DNA of 64,000 bases from the IMG/VR virus record IMGVR_UViG_3300033182_000709, positions 2,698-66,697 of that record. The stretch is one strand, 5' to 3'. Of the stretch, positions 36,323 through 46,608 are shown piece by piece; positions within the stretch are counted from its first letter, which is position 1; the number at the start of each line of letters is the position of its first letter. The position numbers were made by a program, and so were the translations under genes. The notes under the pieces were generated by a model, which saw only the letters and a program-made list of their open reading frames with translations, was not told the DNA's origin and made no database searches. Origin of the DNA: a virus.

Positions 36323-36764
36323 GTTGATGAGAATGGAAATAAAGAGATTATTCGTTGCGTTATTATTTTTATTGTTTGTTTTTTATAGTTGTTTAGATTT
36401 TAGTAAAGTTTCCTATCGTGGATTACCGATAACTATTGAACACGAAAAGGGAACTATTAGGTCTGGTGTTGATAGAGAGGGTAATCCTTGGCAACAAGAG
36501 ATGTTTCATCACTATGGATACTTTAATGGTATTATAGGAGCAGATGAAAAAGAGTTAGATGTTTATTATAATCCAGATGGTAAATCTGATAAAATCTTTC
36601 GTGTTATTCAACTTGATACCTTGACAAAAGAGTTTGATGAGTATAAAATAATGATAGGCTTTGACACTATTGAAGATGCCAAACAAGGATACTTGGTTCA
36701 TTATCCAGATGGATGGGTTGGTTTTGGTGGTATTGAAGAAATAACTTTGGAGGAAATAAAATGA
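36291..36764 (+). CDS. inorganic-pyrophosphatase-like domain protein
   Basis: GLPITIEHEKGTIRSG.D..G.PW...HHYGY...GAD...LDVY...FDEYKIM.GF...A...YL.HY. Confidence 0.7.
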   Translation: MILIGWITLTRLMRMEIKRLFVALLFLLFVFYSCLDFSKVSYRGLPITIEHEKGTIRSGVDREGNPWQQEMFHHYGYFNGIIGADEKELDVYYNPDGKSDKIFRVIQLDTLTKEFDEYKIMIGFDTIEDAKQGYLVHYPDGWVGFGGIEEITLEEIK

Positions 36765-36880
36765 CATTATTAGGATGTAGTCAGTGTTGGTTTAGTATTA
36801 CTCAAGTAGTAAGTTTTGCTGTTGTTTTTGGTGGTTCTATGCTTTATTGTATAAAAGATTTTACGAAACGGAGTTGACAA

Positions 36881-37099
36881 ATGATAGGTGGTAAACAATT
36901 AACAGTTGTAATTCTAGGTATTGTTATCATCTTTCTCATCATTTATGATATTTTTGCTTTGACATTCTTTGGTATTGACAGTACAATAAGTGTTGTGCTT
37001 AATGAATGGTCTTTTCAGGCACATCCACTCTTTGTATTTTCTTTTGGTATGATTATTGGTGGTTTGATTGTTCACTTTTTTAGATGGAAACCTAAATAA
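36881..37099 (+). CDS. small two-TM membrane protein
   Basis: Two hydrophobic helices. Confidence 0.6.
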   Translation: MIGGKQLTVVILGIVIIFLIIYDIFALTFFGIDSTISVVLNEWSFQAHPLFVFSFGMIIGGLIVHFFRWKPK

Positions 37100-37521
37100 T
37101 GAAACTTAAACGAGGTCAGAAACTTTGTCCTAAGTGTGGAGAGGTTCAAGCTGCTCGTCAATGTGAGTGTAAACATTGTGGTTATCAGATGCGTCAGCGT
37201 AAGAATAGAACACAAACAGTTCACGATTGGACAGAACTGGAGAAGGGAGACTTCATTAAAGTATTTCAAGGGACTGGTTCTTATTATCTCAATAGTGAAG
37301 GTGATAAGGTTTATCTATCTGTTCCGGGTGCATATAAAGTTTATTCAACAGATGAAAATGGTATTCATTGTTATGGAGTAGGTAAAAGAAATAGTGGTAT
37401 GAACTACGTCTACATGGGACCACATATGAAATCCCCTGTATTTAGTAGCATCTATCGTAACCCACACAAAATTGTAAAAATTAAGGCACCAAGAGCATTT
37501 ATTTCTAAAAATGGGGTATAA
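37099..37521 (+). CDS. Zn-ribbon domain protein
   Basis: CPKCG...CKHCG. Confidence 0.65.
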   Translation: MKLKRGQKLCPKCGEVQAARQCECKHCGYQMRQRKNRTQTVHDWTELEKGDFIKVFQGTGSYYLNSEGDKVYLSVPGAYKVYSTDENGIHCYGVGKRNSGMNYVYMGPHMKSPVFSSIYRNPHKIVKIKAPRAFISKNGV

Positions 37522-37555
37522 TTATTTATGTCCCACATATTTTTGGAGGTAAAAG

Positions 37556-38137
37556 ATGGCAACAACAGCAACAGTTACAATATCTTCCGATATTTACTAT
37601 ACTGTGGTAGAGGAAGTAGATCAGTTTAATGTAAATAGGTATTCTAATTCTTTAGATTATTCTCTAGTATATAATTATGGAACAGGGCAACTCGGTAGTG
37701 GTATCAATAGTGGAACTCCAACTACTTCTCAAGTAAATTTATTTGTAAAGAGTTCTGGAACTATATCTGGTGGTGAGAATGTTGTAATAGACTTTGAGGC
37801 ATATCCAAAATACAATATAGGTCTTGAGTCTACAATTTCTTTTAGTGGGTTAAAAGGTCTTGTTATAGAAAATGTGAATAGTGGAACTGGAGAAATATTA
37901 AATATAAGAGCAACAGGGTCAAATGCTTTTACAAATATGTTTAATGGTGGTAGTGGCAACGTAAATATTAACCCATTAGGGACATATATGTATACAGATA
38001 TATACGATACAGATGTAACATCTTCTAATAGATTATTATACATTCATAACGACACTTCAACTGGTATAGATTATCAAATTGTAGCAGTTGGTGTTGATCC
38101 TAGTATATTAGTAACAGATTCTATTGGAACTCCTTAA
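37556..38137 (+). CDS. probable virion structural protein
   Basis: Thr/Ser/Gly/Asn-rich beta composition; GGAGG RBS; GGGGTATAATT motif upstream. Confidence 0.45.
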   Translation: MATTATVTISSDIYYTVVEEVDQFNVNRYSNSLDYSLVYNYGTGQLGSGINSGTPTTSQVNLFVKSSGTISGGENVVIDFEAYPKYNIGLESTISFSGLKGLVIENVNSGTGEILNIRATGSNAFTNMFNGGSGNVNINPLGTYMYTDIYDTDVTSSNRLLYIHNDTSTGIDYQIVAVGVDPSILVTDSIGTP

Positions 38138-38147
38138 AGAGGTAATT

Positions 38148-38756
38148 ATGAAGGGTAGACTTAAAGGGATGAGGGCTTATCTGATAGGTCCAATGGATGA
38201 GTGTGGAGATTTAGGTAAAGGTTGGAGATTAGATATACAAAAGTTCCTATGGGGTCTGAGATGCGGAGTTTTGAATCCTTGCGACAAGGCAATTAATGTA
38301 GGAATTGAAGATGAAGAACTCCACCTAAAATTAGGTAAATTAAGAGAACTAATTAAGTACAATGAAAATGCAGGTTGTGGCAAACTTGTAGATGATTGCT
38401 ATGATGAAATAGAAAAGTTAATGAACCCTGTTGTTGCTATTGACTTTGCCATGGTTGATAGGGCAGATTTTATTGTAATGTTTATTGATAGAGATATGCA
38501 TATGTGTGGAACTTATGCAGAAGAGACTTTAGCAGTTTCACAAAAGAAACCAGTTGTTATTTGTTGTCGTCAAGGAAAACATGCTATTCCTAATTTTTGC
38601 TTTAAAAGAATGGGAAGGCATAACATGATGTTTAGTAACTGGGATGGTGTTAAAAGTTATTTAATTAGTGTTGATGCCAATCCACAGTTTGAAGATCCAA
38701 GTAATACATGGAAGTTTTTCGATTACGATAAAGTATATAATGGAAAATTAAAATGA
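38148..38756 (+). CDS. nucleoside 2-deoxyribosyltransferase-like protein
   Basis: AYLIGPMD...WR...VLNP...DFAMVDRADFIV...GTYAE. Confidence 0.7.
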   Translation: MKGRLKGMRAYLIGPMDECGDLGKGWRLDIQKFLWGLRCGVLNPCDKAINVGIEDEELHLKLGKLRELIKYNENAGCGKLVDDCYDEIEKLMNPVVAIDFAMVDRADFIVMFIDRDMHMCGTYAEETLAVSQKKPVVICCRQGKHAIPNFCFKRMGRHNMMFSNWDGVKSYLISVDANPQFEDPSNTWKFFDYDKVYNGKLK

Positions 38757-39181
38757 AACAGTATAACATACCAAATGGTGGGTATATACCAGTAGATAAT
38801 GTTACTTATTTGATGGAAAATGATATCAGTCAAATAAATAAAATACCATACCTACAAGATTATGAAGGTTATGCGGTTATAACAGTTGGACCGATTTATC
38901 TGGATAAAGAAATAAATATAGAAGATTTTATACAAGACAAAGCTATAGTGACCAATGAAGACAAAAATATATTCATTATAAATTGTCAGCATCGAGACCT
39001 TTCAGATAAATCCTTAATGATGTCACAAAAGTTTAATATAGATGATGCACTATGTAACAATTCTTTAACGGATCACTTTTCTGAAAGGTGTGTTAAAGAT
39101 TTAGAAGTAGATATAGGACATCAGGATTTACATGAAGAACTAAAAAAATATTGTTATAAGGAGCATGTATATGAAAGTTGA
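38753..39181 (+). CDS. hypothetical protein
   Basis: ORF track. Confidence 0.5.
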   Translation: MKQYNIPNGGYIPVDNVTYLMENDISQINKIPYLQDYEGYAVITVGPIYLDKEINIEDFIQDKAIVTNEDKNIFIINCQHRDLSDKSLMMSQKFNIDDALCNNSLTDHFSERCVKDLEVDIGHQDLHEELKKYCYKEHVYES

Positions 39182-39572
39182 ATTTTATGTAGTAGAAAAC
39201 TTAACAGATGTTTGGACTCTTGCTGGTGAGCAAGGGGAAGGACTTGCTATATGTCATGCGGCAGATGTTGAACCAAAAGTAGATTTTAATCCTGAAAATT
39301 ATAAAGCAGATTTTCCTTTGGTTTACTTATCTCCTGATAAGAAAGTTTTTGTTGTAAATTGTGACCATTTATGGTTAACTAATGTATTAGATTTGAAGAG
39401 ACCAGAAGACTATATATCATTTGATATTGGTGGTCCAAAGAGATGTGTGGTTAGTATGGATCTTGCAAATGATTTTGTTGGATGTGAAGTGCCTTCTGCA
39501 CCAGCACCTGAACCTGAATCATTCACACCAGTAGATTATCCAGTAGACGAATTGCCAGATAATGAAGAATAA
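39165..39572 (+). CDS. hypothetical protein
   Basis: ORF track. Confidence 0.5.
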   Translation: MYMKVEFYVVENLTDVWTLAGEQGEGLAICHAADVEPKVDFNPENYKADFPLVYLSPDKKVFVVNCDHLWLTNVLDLKRPEDYISFDIGGPKRCVVSMDLANDFVGCEVPSAPAPEPESFTPVDYPVDELPDNEE

Positions 39573-39643
39573 TCTTCACTTATCATAAAATTAATGGTAT
39601 AATTAGGGGTAGAGAAATCTGCCCCTTTTTTATTGGAGTTGTA

Positions 39644-40003
39644 ATGCAAAATATAGTAAGTAAAGGTTGGGGATATGAACTTTGGGTAGAGAATAATGAA
39701 CTCTACTGTGGTAAGCATTTACATGTATTACCTACTAAATGGTGCTCTGTTCATTATCATAAAAATAAGAAAGAAACATTCTATGTTATCGGTGGTGAAC
39801 TAAAATTAGAATATTCTAACAATTTAGAGTGGAGTAGTCCTCATGATATTGAGACTATAATTTTAAAAAAGGGAGATTGCTTTACTTTAGAGACTTTAGT
39901 CGCACACAGATTTACAAGTAATACAAGTTATCCATGCGACTTTATAGAATTTTCTACTCATCACGAAGATTCAGATTCTTACAGGGTAATAAAGGGTGAC
40001 TAA
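39644..40003 (+). CDS. cupin-fold sugar isomerase-like protein
   Basis: KGWGYELW...SVHYHKNKKETFYV...HRF...IEFST. Confidence 0.75.
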   Translation: MQNIVSKGWGYELWVENNELYCGKHLHVLPTKWCSVHYHKNKKETFYVIGGELKLEYSNNLEWSSPHDIETIILKKGDCFTLETLVAHRFTSNTSYPCDFIEFSTHHEDSDSYRVIKGD

Positions 40004-40759
40004 ATGAAGATTGCTATTGTAGGAGATGCATGTACGGATATCTATGTCTATGGATCATGTGAGAGATTGTGCCCAGAAGGTCCGGTGCCAGTATTAAATA
40101 AAATGCATCAAATTGATTCTGGTGGTATGGCATTGAACGTATTTAATAATTTAAAAACATTTTTTGGAAAAGATATTCGTCTTTATTCTAACGATATCAA
40201 TAATATGATGAAGGTAAGATATGTCGATGAGAAAACAAATCAGTTATTATTAAGAGTAGATCACAATGATATCTGTGATAGGATTACTAAAACTACAATA
40301 CAGGAAGTTAAAGATGAAAAGTATGATGCAATAGTTGTTTCGGATTATTGCAAAGGGTTTATGACTGATGAAGATTTAATCGAACTTGGTCAGGCGGCAC
40401 CTATATCATTCTTAGACTCAAAAAGAAAACTTACTACAGATATTGCATTCTCCTATAATCTAATTAAACTTAACGAATACGAATATCATCAAAATATGAG
40501 AATTGTAAAAGCATCGCCTCAGAGATTTGTTATTACTTTAGGTAGTAAGGGTGTGAAATTTATGGATAATAAATATGATCCACCTAAAGTATTACAAACA
40601 TATGATGTATCTGGTGCTGGAGATACATTTTTAGCAGCAGTTGTGGCCCAAGTTATTCAAAATGAAGGTATACATACGGCAATAAAGTTTGCTCAAGAAT
40701 GTTGTAATAAAGTTATTCAAGAAAGAGGTACATGTGTCTACAAAAAAGATATGGACTAA
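40004..40759 (+). CDS. PfkB-family heptose-7-phosphate kinase (HldE/RfaE domain I-like)
   Basis: IVGDAC.DIY.YG...RLCPEGPVPV, VSDYCKG, DVSGAGDTF. Confidence 0.85.
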   Translation: MKIAIVGDACTDIYVYGSCERLCPEGPVPVLNKMHQIDSGGMALNVFNNLKTFFGKDIRLYSNDINNMMKVRYVDEKTNQLLLRVDHNDICDRITKTTIQEVKDEKYDAIVVSDYCKGFMTDEDLIELGQAAPISFLDSKRKLTTDIAFSYNLIKLNEYEYHQNMRIVKASPQRFVITLGSKGVKFMDNKYDPPKVLQTYDVSGAGDTFLAAVVAQVIQNEGIHTAIKFAQECCNKVIQERGTCVYKKDMD

Positions 40760-41129
40760 TGGTTGTTACGATATACTTCATGTAGGTCATATTGCTTTAT
40801 TTGAATATGCTAAATCTTTAGGTGGTCAACTGATTGTTGGTATTGATAGTGACAAAAGAGTTAAGAAATTAAAGGGAGAAGATAGACCTTTCAATTGTGA
40901 GTCTGATAGAAAGAAAATGCTTGAGTCTATTAAGTATATAGACAAAGTATTTATTTTTGATAGTCAGGAGCAAATGTGTAATATTGTAAGGTATAATTCT
41001 ATAGATGCCATTGTGGTAGGTGATGAATATAAAGGTCGTCATGTGACTGCTTCAGATATTGTTGATGAGGTCATCTACTTTACAAAAATTAAAGGTTATT
41101 CTACTACTTCAATCTTGGATCAAAAATGA
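40734..41129 (+). CDS. heptose-1-phosphate adenylyltransferase (HldE/RfaE domain II-like)
   Basis: WTNGCYDILHVGH...LIVGIDSD..VKKLKGEDRP...GYSTTSI. Confidence 0.85.
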   Translation: MSTKKIWTNGCYDILHVGHIALFEYAKSLGGQLIVGIDSDKRVKKLKGEDRPFNCESDRKKMLESIKYIDKVFIFDSQEQMCNIVRYNSIDAIVVGDEYKGRHVTASDIVDEVIYFTKIKGYSTTSILDQK

Positions 41130-41968
41130 AAAAAATTCTTATTACAGGGCATATGGGATTCATAGGTTCTTGTTTCTTAAAGTCTCTCTCGGACACATAT
41201 GAAATTATCACATCTGATTATAAGGGTGGAGACTATTGTCCAGATAACCTACCAGACTTGTCTGATGTAGATATTGTCGTCCATATGGGTGCAATGTCAT
41301 CTACAAACTCTACGGATAGAGAAGAGGTGTTTACAAGGAATATTATGAGCACCTTAAACATAATTGAAAAGGCAAAGAACGCTAAAATTATCTATGCGTC
41401 TTCCGCTTCTACATATGGATCTATTAATGCAAAGAGATCAGAGTCTGATAAACTACAACCTGAATCACTATATGCTAAATCAAAAGCAGTTATTGATGAT
41501 ATAGTACTAAAATATCTTCCTCATAGAAAGATTGTTGGACTACGATTTTTTAATGTTTGCAGTTTTAGTTTTGAAGGACATAAGACACAGCCTAGCCCAA
41601 CCTATAGTTTTTATAAGCAATTAAATGAAACGGGTCAGGTTAAGTTATTTAATGGCTCTGACAATATCTTTAGAGACTTCATTTATATAGAAGATGTTGT
41701 AAAAGTTATGCACTACTTTATTGATAATCAAGTAAATGGAAGTGTTGTTGTCAATGTAGGAACAGGTAAGCCAGTATCGTTTGAGCAGATCGCTGATAAG
41801 ATGATTGATAAACTTGGTTTTGGTGAAAAAGTATATATTGATAGACCTTCAGATATACTCAACTCTTATCAGACCTATACTGAAGCGGATTTGAAATACT
41901 TAAGAACTTTAGGATATGATAATAAAATTCCAACGATCCTTGATTATATAGAGGAAAGAGCACTGTGA
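41126..41968 (+). CDS. hldD: ADP-L-glycero-D-manno-heptose 6-epimerase-like SDR
   Basis: ITGHMGFIG, HMGAMSST, YASSASTYG, YAKSK, GLRFFNV, RDFIYIEDV, YQTYTEAD. Confidence 0.75.
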   Translation: MKKILITGHMGFIGSCFLKSLSDTYEIITSDYKGGDYCPDNLPDLSDVDIVVHMGAMSSTNSTDREEVFTRNIMSTLNIIEKAKNAKIIYASSASTYGSINAKRSESDKLQPESLYAKSKAVIDDIVLKYLPHRKIVGLRFFNVCSFSFEGHKTQPSPTYSFYKQLNETGQVKLFNGSDNIFRDFIYIEDVVKVMHYFIDNQVNGSVVVNVGTGKPVSFEQIADKMIDKLGFGEKVYIDRPSDILNSYQTYTEADLKYLRTLGYDNKIPTILDYIEERAL

Positions 41969-42348
41969 TAGATAATGATCAAGTAAAACACATAGCAGGA
42001 CAATTAAATAATAACGATAAGAAAAAGCTACTATTTATAGTTCCCGAAAGTGCAGGAGATATATTTTTATCTACAAGCTTGTTGCCTTCTATGTCTAAAA
42101 ATTATGATGAGTATGAGATTTATTTTGCTTGCAAACCAGAGTATAAGGATATACTAATTAATAATCCATACATTACTAAAGTTTTAGACTATCTACCTAT
42201 TATGGATAATCAAATACTAATGGAAGGAACTGCTCAATGGAAGGGACTCTTTGATATTTCAATTATGGCGACTGTATTAACTCAAAGGGTTATTAACTAT
42301 TTAAATAATGGTGAAACAAGAATTATGTTTGACTTGAGGGAAGATTAA
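41965..42348 (+). CDS. GT9-like glycosyltransferase N-terminal half
   Basis: SAGDIFLST.LL...ILINNPYI. Confidence 0.6.
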   Translation: MIDNDQVKHIAGQLNNNDKKKLLFIVPESAGDIFLSTSLLPSMSKNYDEYEIYFACKPEYKDILINNPYITKVLDYLPIMDNQILMEGTAQWKGLFDISIMATVLTQRVINYLNNGETRIMFDLRED

Positions 42349-42902
42349 TGCACATTTTAGAAACTTATGCTTTACTGTCTGGATGTAAGATTAGTAAGTG
42401 TTTTATTCAAGAGATGCCAACTGTATTGCCAATTGGAAAATACATTACCTTTCATCCTCATAGCACAAAGGGTGACAGTAAGCAGTACGATAAATGGGAT
42501 CTCGTTTTAAATTTATTAAATGACAATGATAAGTTTGACTATGAAATAATTCAAGTGGGAGATACTAATGACAGAAAGTATGTAGATAATACATCTTACT
42601 TGGGAAATACAAATAGGTGGCAACTCGCGTATCTAATCAAAAATAGTTCTTTACATCTGGGCTATGATAGCTTTCCTATACATCTAGCATCTCATTATGA
42701 TATACCTCTTGTAGGCTTGTATTCGTATCATATCAATACATGCGGCCCATATTTCTCTAGTAAAGATAAGGCTAGATTATTTGAGCCAGACTTTACAAAG
42801 ATCAAGCCAACATTTAGCTATAATGATCCTCATAGACTTATCAATACAATTGACCATATGGATGTATACAATTCTATAATTGACCTTTTGGGGATTAAGT
42901 AA
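42348..42902 (+). CDS. GT9-like glycosyltransferase C-terminal-type domain
   Basis: IIQVG...LHLGYDSFP.HLA...P.VGLY. Confidence 0.6.
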   Translation: MHILETYALLSGCKISKCFIQEMPTVLPIGKYITFHPHSTKGDSKQYDKWDLVLNLLNDNDKFDYEIIQVGDTNDRKYVDNTSYLGNTNRWQLAYLIKNSSLHLGYDSFPIHLASHYDIPLVGLYSYHINTCGPYFSSKDKARLFEPDFTKIKPTFSYNDPHRLINTIDHMDVYNSIIDLLGIK

Positions 42903-43822
42903 TGAATATTAATGTAAGGATGGAGGGCGGATTAGGAGATCATCTACTAGCTAATAGATTTATTCCTGCTATACTTGATAAGTACCCTAATGCCAATATA
43001 AATGTGTTCTCAGATACAGAGGGGAATCACAGGACTTTAAATTTATTATTAAAACTTTTCCCACATTTTTATAGAAGTGGAGAGGTTATAGAAGAGAGGG
43101 AAAGTAAAGAATTTTTAATCAATAGTAAGTTTGGGCGAGAAAATTATCCTGCTCATATCAAAAATCACAAAAAAGAAACATTAAATAAGCTGTATGATTG
43201 CGATAAATTTTATGACTTACACATTGACGGCTTGAAATGGTTGGACTATGATTTTGAATGGTTAAGGTATTATTATCATTTCCCCAAACCGCTATTTGAT
43301 TTTGAAGAAAATGGATATAAAGATGATTATTTACTAGTACATCTACATTCAAGACCAAATTCGCCGTATAATTTAGAACAGGGATATGTAAATGCGTTAT
43401 TGCATACTCTTAGTAGGTATATTAAAATAGTTATTGTTATAGAAAAACAATATATGGATTACTATAATGATTTTTTCAATCATCCAAATATAACTATTAA
43501 TACAGCAGATTCTATTGAGGATATTTTTCAATTAGCAAAAAATTGTAAATGTTTTTTAGGTATAGATAGCGGTATTAGATATATACCATATCATTTTGGT
43601 AAACCCGTTTTCTTATTCAGTAAATATTGTAGTCAATACGGACAAGTTGCACCATCGCATTTAGTTAGATGGCTTATATTTGATAAAAATGTATTCCCTT
43701 TAAATTTTGATGTGAACATTGTTAGTCAAATGATTCAAAATGTGTTTAATAATCCCGCGAGCGCTTTGTTTCCTGAAATATTAAATGATCTTAATTCTTA
43801 TATTGTTAAAAGGAATATATAA
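42902..43822 (+). CDS. GT-B glycosyltransferase (GT9-like)
   Basis: GGLGDHL...FLGIDSG. Confidence 0.6.
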   Translation: MNINVRMEGGLGDHLLANRFIPAILDKYPNANINVFSDTEGNHRTLNLLLKLFPHFYRSGEVIEERESKEFLINSKFGRENYPAHIKNHKKETLNKLYDCDKFYDLHIDGLKWLDYDFEWLRYYYHFPKPLFDFEENGYKDDYLLVHLHSRPNSPYNLEQGYVNALLHTLSRYIKIVIVIEKQYMDYYNDFFNHPNITINTADSIEDIFQLAKNCKCFLGIDSGIRYIPYHFGKPVFLFSKYCSQYGQVAPSHLVRWLIFDKNVFPLNFDVNIVSQMIQNVFNNPASALFPEILNDLNSYIVKRNI

Positions 43823-44551
43823 ATGTTAGGTATCCAGTTAGATAGTTATTTAGGTATTGGAGATGCTATTCAATTTACTCATATACCTGAAAATATTTAC
43901 CACAACACAGGGCAGAAAGTATATGATGTTTCTAACTCGTGGGTTTTTGATCACAACCCATATGTTATTAGAGGGTCTGTACCAAGTAATATCAATACGC
44001 TGAATATGTGGAATGTATCTCGCCATTTTCCAGCAGAGGGCTTTAAGTCTCATGCTGATAGATTTTTTATGTTTTTCAATAATGCGTTCAAAACATCATA
44101 TTCTCCCTGTTTAAGGCACCCTAGACTATACTATAATGAAGAAGGAAAAATAAATACTAATAGGATTCTTGTACATACAACTGGCAAGTCAGAAACAGAA
44201 CCGATGCACGATAATGTCATTAATCATATCTCAGAAACATATAAGGATTTTGAGATAGTGCAAATAGGTGGACCCAAAGATAAACCAACTCCATTCAAGA
44301 AAATGTTGGGGTTGGGACTATGGGAGACAGCCAAGTTGATATCTGAATCTATGATGTTTATTGGTATTAATAGTAGTATGATGAATATGGCGAATTGCTA
44401 CACAAGGGTTCAGAAAAAAATACTCTTGCCGAGAGACATCGAAAGTTTTTTACCTATGTCTCATCATAACGTATGGTTTGACCATGGAAATATGTATTAT
44501 AACAATACAGAAATAGATACTGGTGCAACTTATTCATATACTAAAATCTAG
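43823..44551 (+). CDS. GT-B glycosyltransferase (GT9-like)
   Basis: GIGDAIQF...IVQIGG...FIGINSS. Confidence 0.6.
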   Translation: MLGIQLDSYLGIGDAIQFTHIPENIYHNTGQKVYDVSNSWVFDHNPYVIRGSVPSNINTLNMWNVSRHFPAEGFKSHADRFFMFFNNAFKTSYSPCLRHPRLYYNEEGKINTNRILVHTTGKSETEPMHDNVINHISETYKDFEIVQIGGPKDKPTPFKKMLGLGLWETAKLISESMMFIGINSSMMNMANCYTRVQKKILLPRDIESFLPMSHHNVWFDHGNMYYNNTEIDTGATYSYTKI

Positions 44552-44563
44552 AGGATAATTATT

Positions 44564-45138
44564 ATGGGTTCATTAAAAAGATTTGACGTATGTAAATATG
44601 GATGTAATATCTATATCGAAACAGGTACGGGTTCCGGGTCATGTCTAGACAAGGCAGTTAATTCTAAATGCTTTGATAAGTGTTATTCGGTAGATATAGA
44701 TGCAAAAATGGTTAATCGTGCTAGGCAAAGATTTCCTTCTTCGCAAATAGAAATAGGTACTTCTGTTGAAATTTTAGAAAAATGGTTAAGTTCTGGTGAT
44801 ATCAAGCAGGAAGATAATGTTCTGTTTTTTTAGATGCTCATTTTCCAAATGCAGATTTTAATGGTGCAAAATTCGATGTATCGGCTCTAAATGCCGTCCC
44901 CTTACAAGAGGAACTCGCATTAATTAAGAAATACAGAGGTAGTTCTAATAACTATATTATTTGTGATGATGCTAGAATTTATAGAATTGATGAGTATCAA
45001 AATGGTAATGTTGAATGGCTACAGGTTCCCGGTGGTATGTCATTTATTTATAATATGTTTTCAAAGGATCAGGTTTCAATAAACCTTTTGGATGAAGGTT
45101 ATATTCTTATAGATGATAGGGGAAATAATGAATATTGA
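44564..45138 (+). pseudogene. SAM-dependent methyltransferase interrupted by a frameshift in a T7 run
   Basis: IETGTG.G motif I in frame 1, stop at 44833; LDAH...ICDDAR continues in the -1 frame from 44830 to TGA at 45138. Confidence 0.7.
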
Positions 45139-45787
45139 TAACTCGGTAGATAATTTTTATCAAAAAAATGCATCATCTAACTACGAAGATCATTATGATG
45201 TAGAACACGGTCCAAGAATTGATTGGATTGTTGATAGATTCAATCTAAAATCAATAGAAAATAAAAGAATTATTGATGTTGGGTGTGGAAAAGGAAACTT
45301 TTTCAAGAGACTTAATCCTAACAATTTTTTTGTGGGTATAGATGGTGCTAAAATTAATAAGAAGTTATGTGATTTCTTTTTACTTAAAGTAAATCTAGAC
45401 TATCCATTCTCTTATCTATTCGACAATGAGGAGAAGTTCGATTTCTTAATCGCTAGTGAAGTTATAGAACATATCTCTGGTCTAGATAATATTTTATTAG
45501 AGATGAAAGGATTGTTAAAAGAAAATGAGAAAGCTTTATTTACAATACCTCACGTTTCAATTACCCATCCAACTATTTATCCCGGTATATTTTATCCAGA
45601 AAATAATTTTAAAACATTTATTGAGCAATATGGTTGGATTGTTGAGGAAGTAGATTATTGTAATATCGGTTGTAAGTCTGTCTGTTTTCTAGTTAGAAAT
45701 GCCCCACTTACAGAGTCAAGACCTATGTTTGTAAAAAATGAACCAAAGTTTTATGGTAAAACACCAAGGGAGTATACGAATCTATGA
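45128..45787 (+). CDS. class I SAM-dependent methyltransferase
   Basis: IIDVGCGKG, FDFLIASEVIEHI. Confidence 0.85.
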   Translation: MNIDNSVDNFYQKNASSNYEDHYDVEHGPRIDWIVDRFNLKSIENKRIIDVGCGKGNFFKRLNPNNFFVGIDGAKINKKLCDFFLLKVNLDYPFSYLFDNEEKFDFLIASEVIEHISGLDNILLEMKGLLKENEKALFTIPHVSITHPTIYPGIFYPENNFKTFIEQYGWIVEEVDYCNIGCKSVCFLVRNAPLTESRPMFVKNEPKFYGKTPREYTNL

Positions 45788-46605
45788 GGGCTATAGGTTG
45801 GAATTTGGGTCAACGTGGAGATATTATTATGAACACCGTAGTTGCTAGGGGGTTCAAAGAGATGTATCCTAATAGTCATTTGACGCTGGGGATATATAAA
45901 GAATATAGTGATATGCAAAGTTTATTTAAAAATCATAAATACATAGATGCGGTTCACTGCTACGACAGTTACCACGGTTGGCCTAATACAAAAGATGTGG
46001 ACTTCCTGAGAAAAGAAAATTTTGATATAGTATTCAATGGAATGCCTCAACATAAAAGAGCAGATTGGTATAATCATTGTGTATCTCAGACAGAAGAATC
46101 CTGTCTGATGAACGATATTACTCCACCTAAAGATTTACAATGTAATCTAATAAAATGGTTTAACGACAATGAGAATTACAAAAATTGTGTATGCATAGCC
46201 CCTTTTACATCGTCAGCACCTAAAGATTTATCTATTGATAGAGCAAATGAAATCGTATCTATGGTAAGGAGACAGGGTTATGAGGTACTTCAACTTAGTT
46301 CTGCTAATCAGCCCCTGTTAGAAAATGTTATTTATGAAGATACAGACTATTTCAATAGCGTAGTCAATATGTTAAGTTGTAAGTTACTTATCACTGTCAA
46401 TACTGGTATGTCTTGGGTAGCTTCTGCGTATAGTCATAAAACATTAGGTCTTTATTCTATAGAAAGTTGGGGTTATAAAGGTTTAAACTCTTCAGTGATT
46501 TATGAACCAATTAATCCAAATGCCGTTTATCTTAGGGGGAACCATCCTAATACTATTGATATGAATTTAATTGAAAGCACCTTCCAAAAAATTATAAAGG
46601 AATAA
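45784..46605 (+). CDS. GT9-like glycosyltransferase
   Basis: QRGDIIM...LITVNTG.SW.A.AY. Confidence 0.65.
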   Translation: MRAIGWNLGQRGDIIMNTVVARGFKEMYPNSHLTLGIYKEYSDMQSLFKNHKYIDAVHCYDSYHGWPNTKDVDFLRKENFDIVFNGMPQHKRADWYNHCVSQTEESCLMNDITPPKDLQCNLIKWFNDNENYKNCVCIAPFTSSAPKDLSIDRANEIVSMVRRQGYEVLQLSSANQPLLENVIYEDTDYFNSVVNMLSCKLLITVNTGMSWVASAYSHKTLGLYSIESWGYKGLNSSVIYEPINPNAVYLRGNHPNTIDMNLIESTFQKIIKE

Positions 46606-46608
46606 AAT

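Noticed and set aside
44831-44833. TAG stop-codon reassignment or readthrough
   Set aside because: The conserved methyltransferase continues in a different frame, not past the TAG; other genes end normally at TAG and TGA; no suppressor tRNA is seen.
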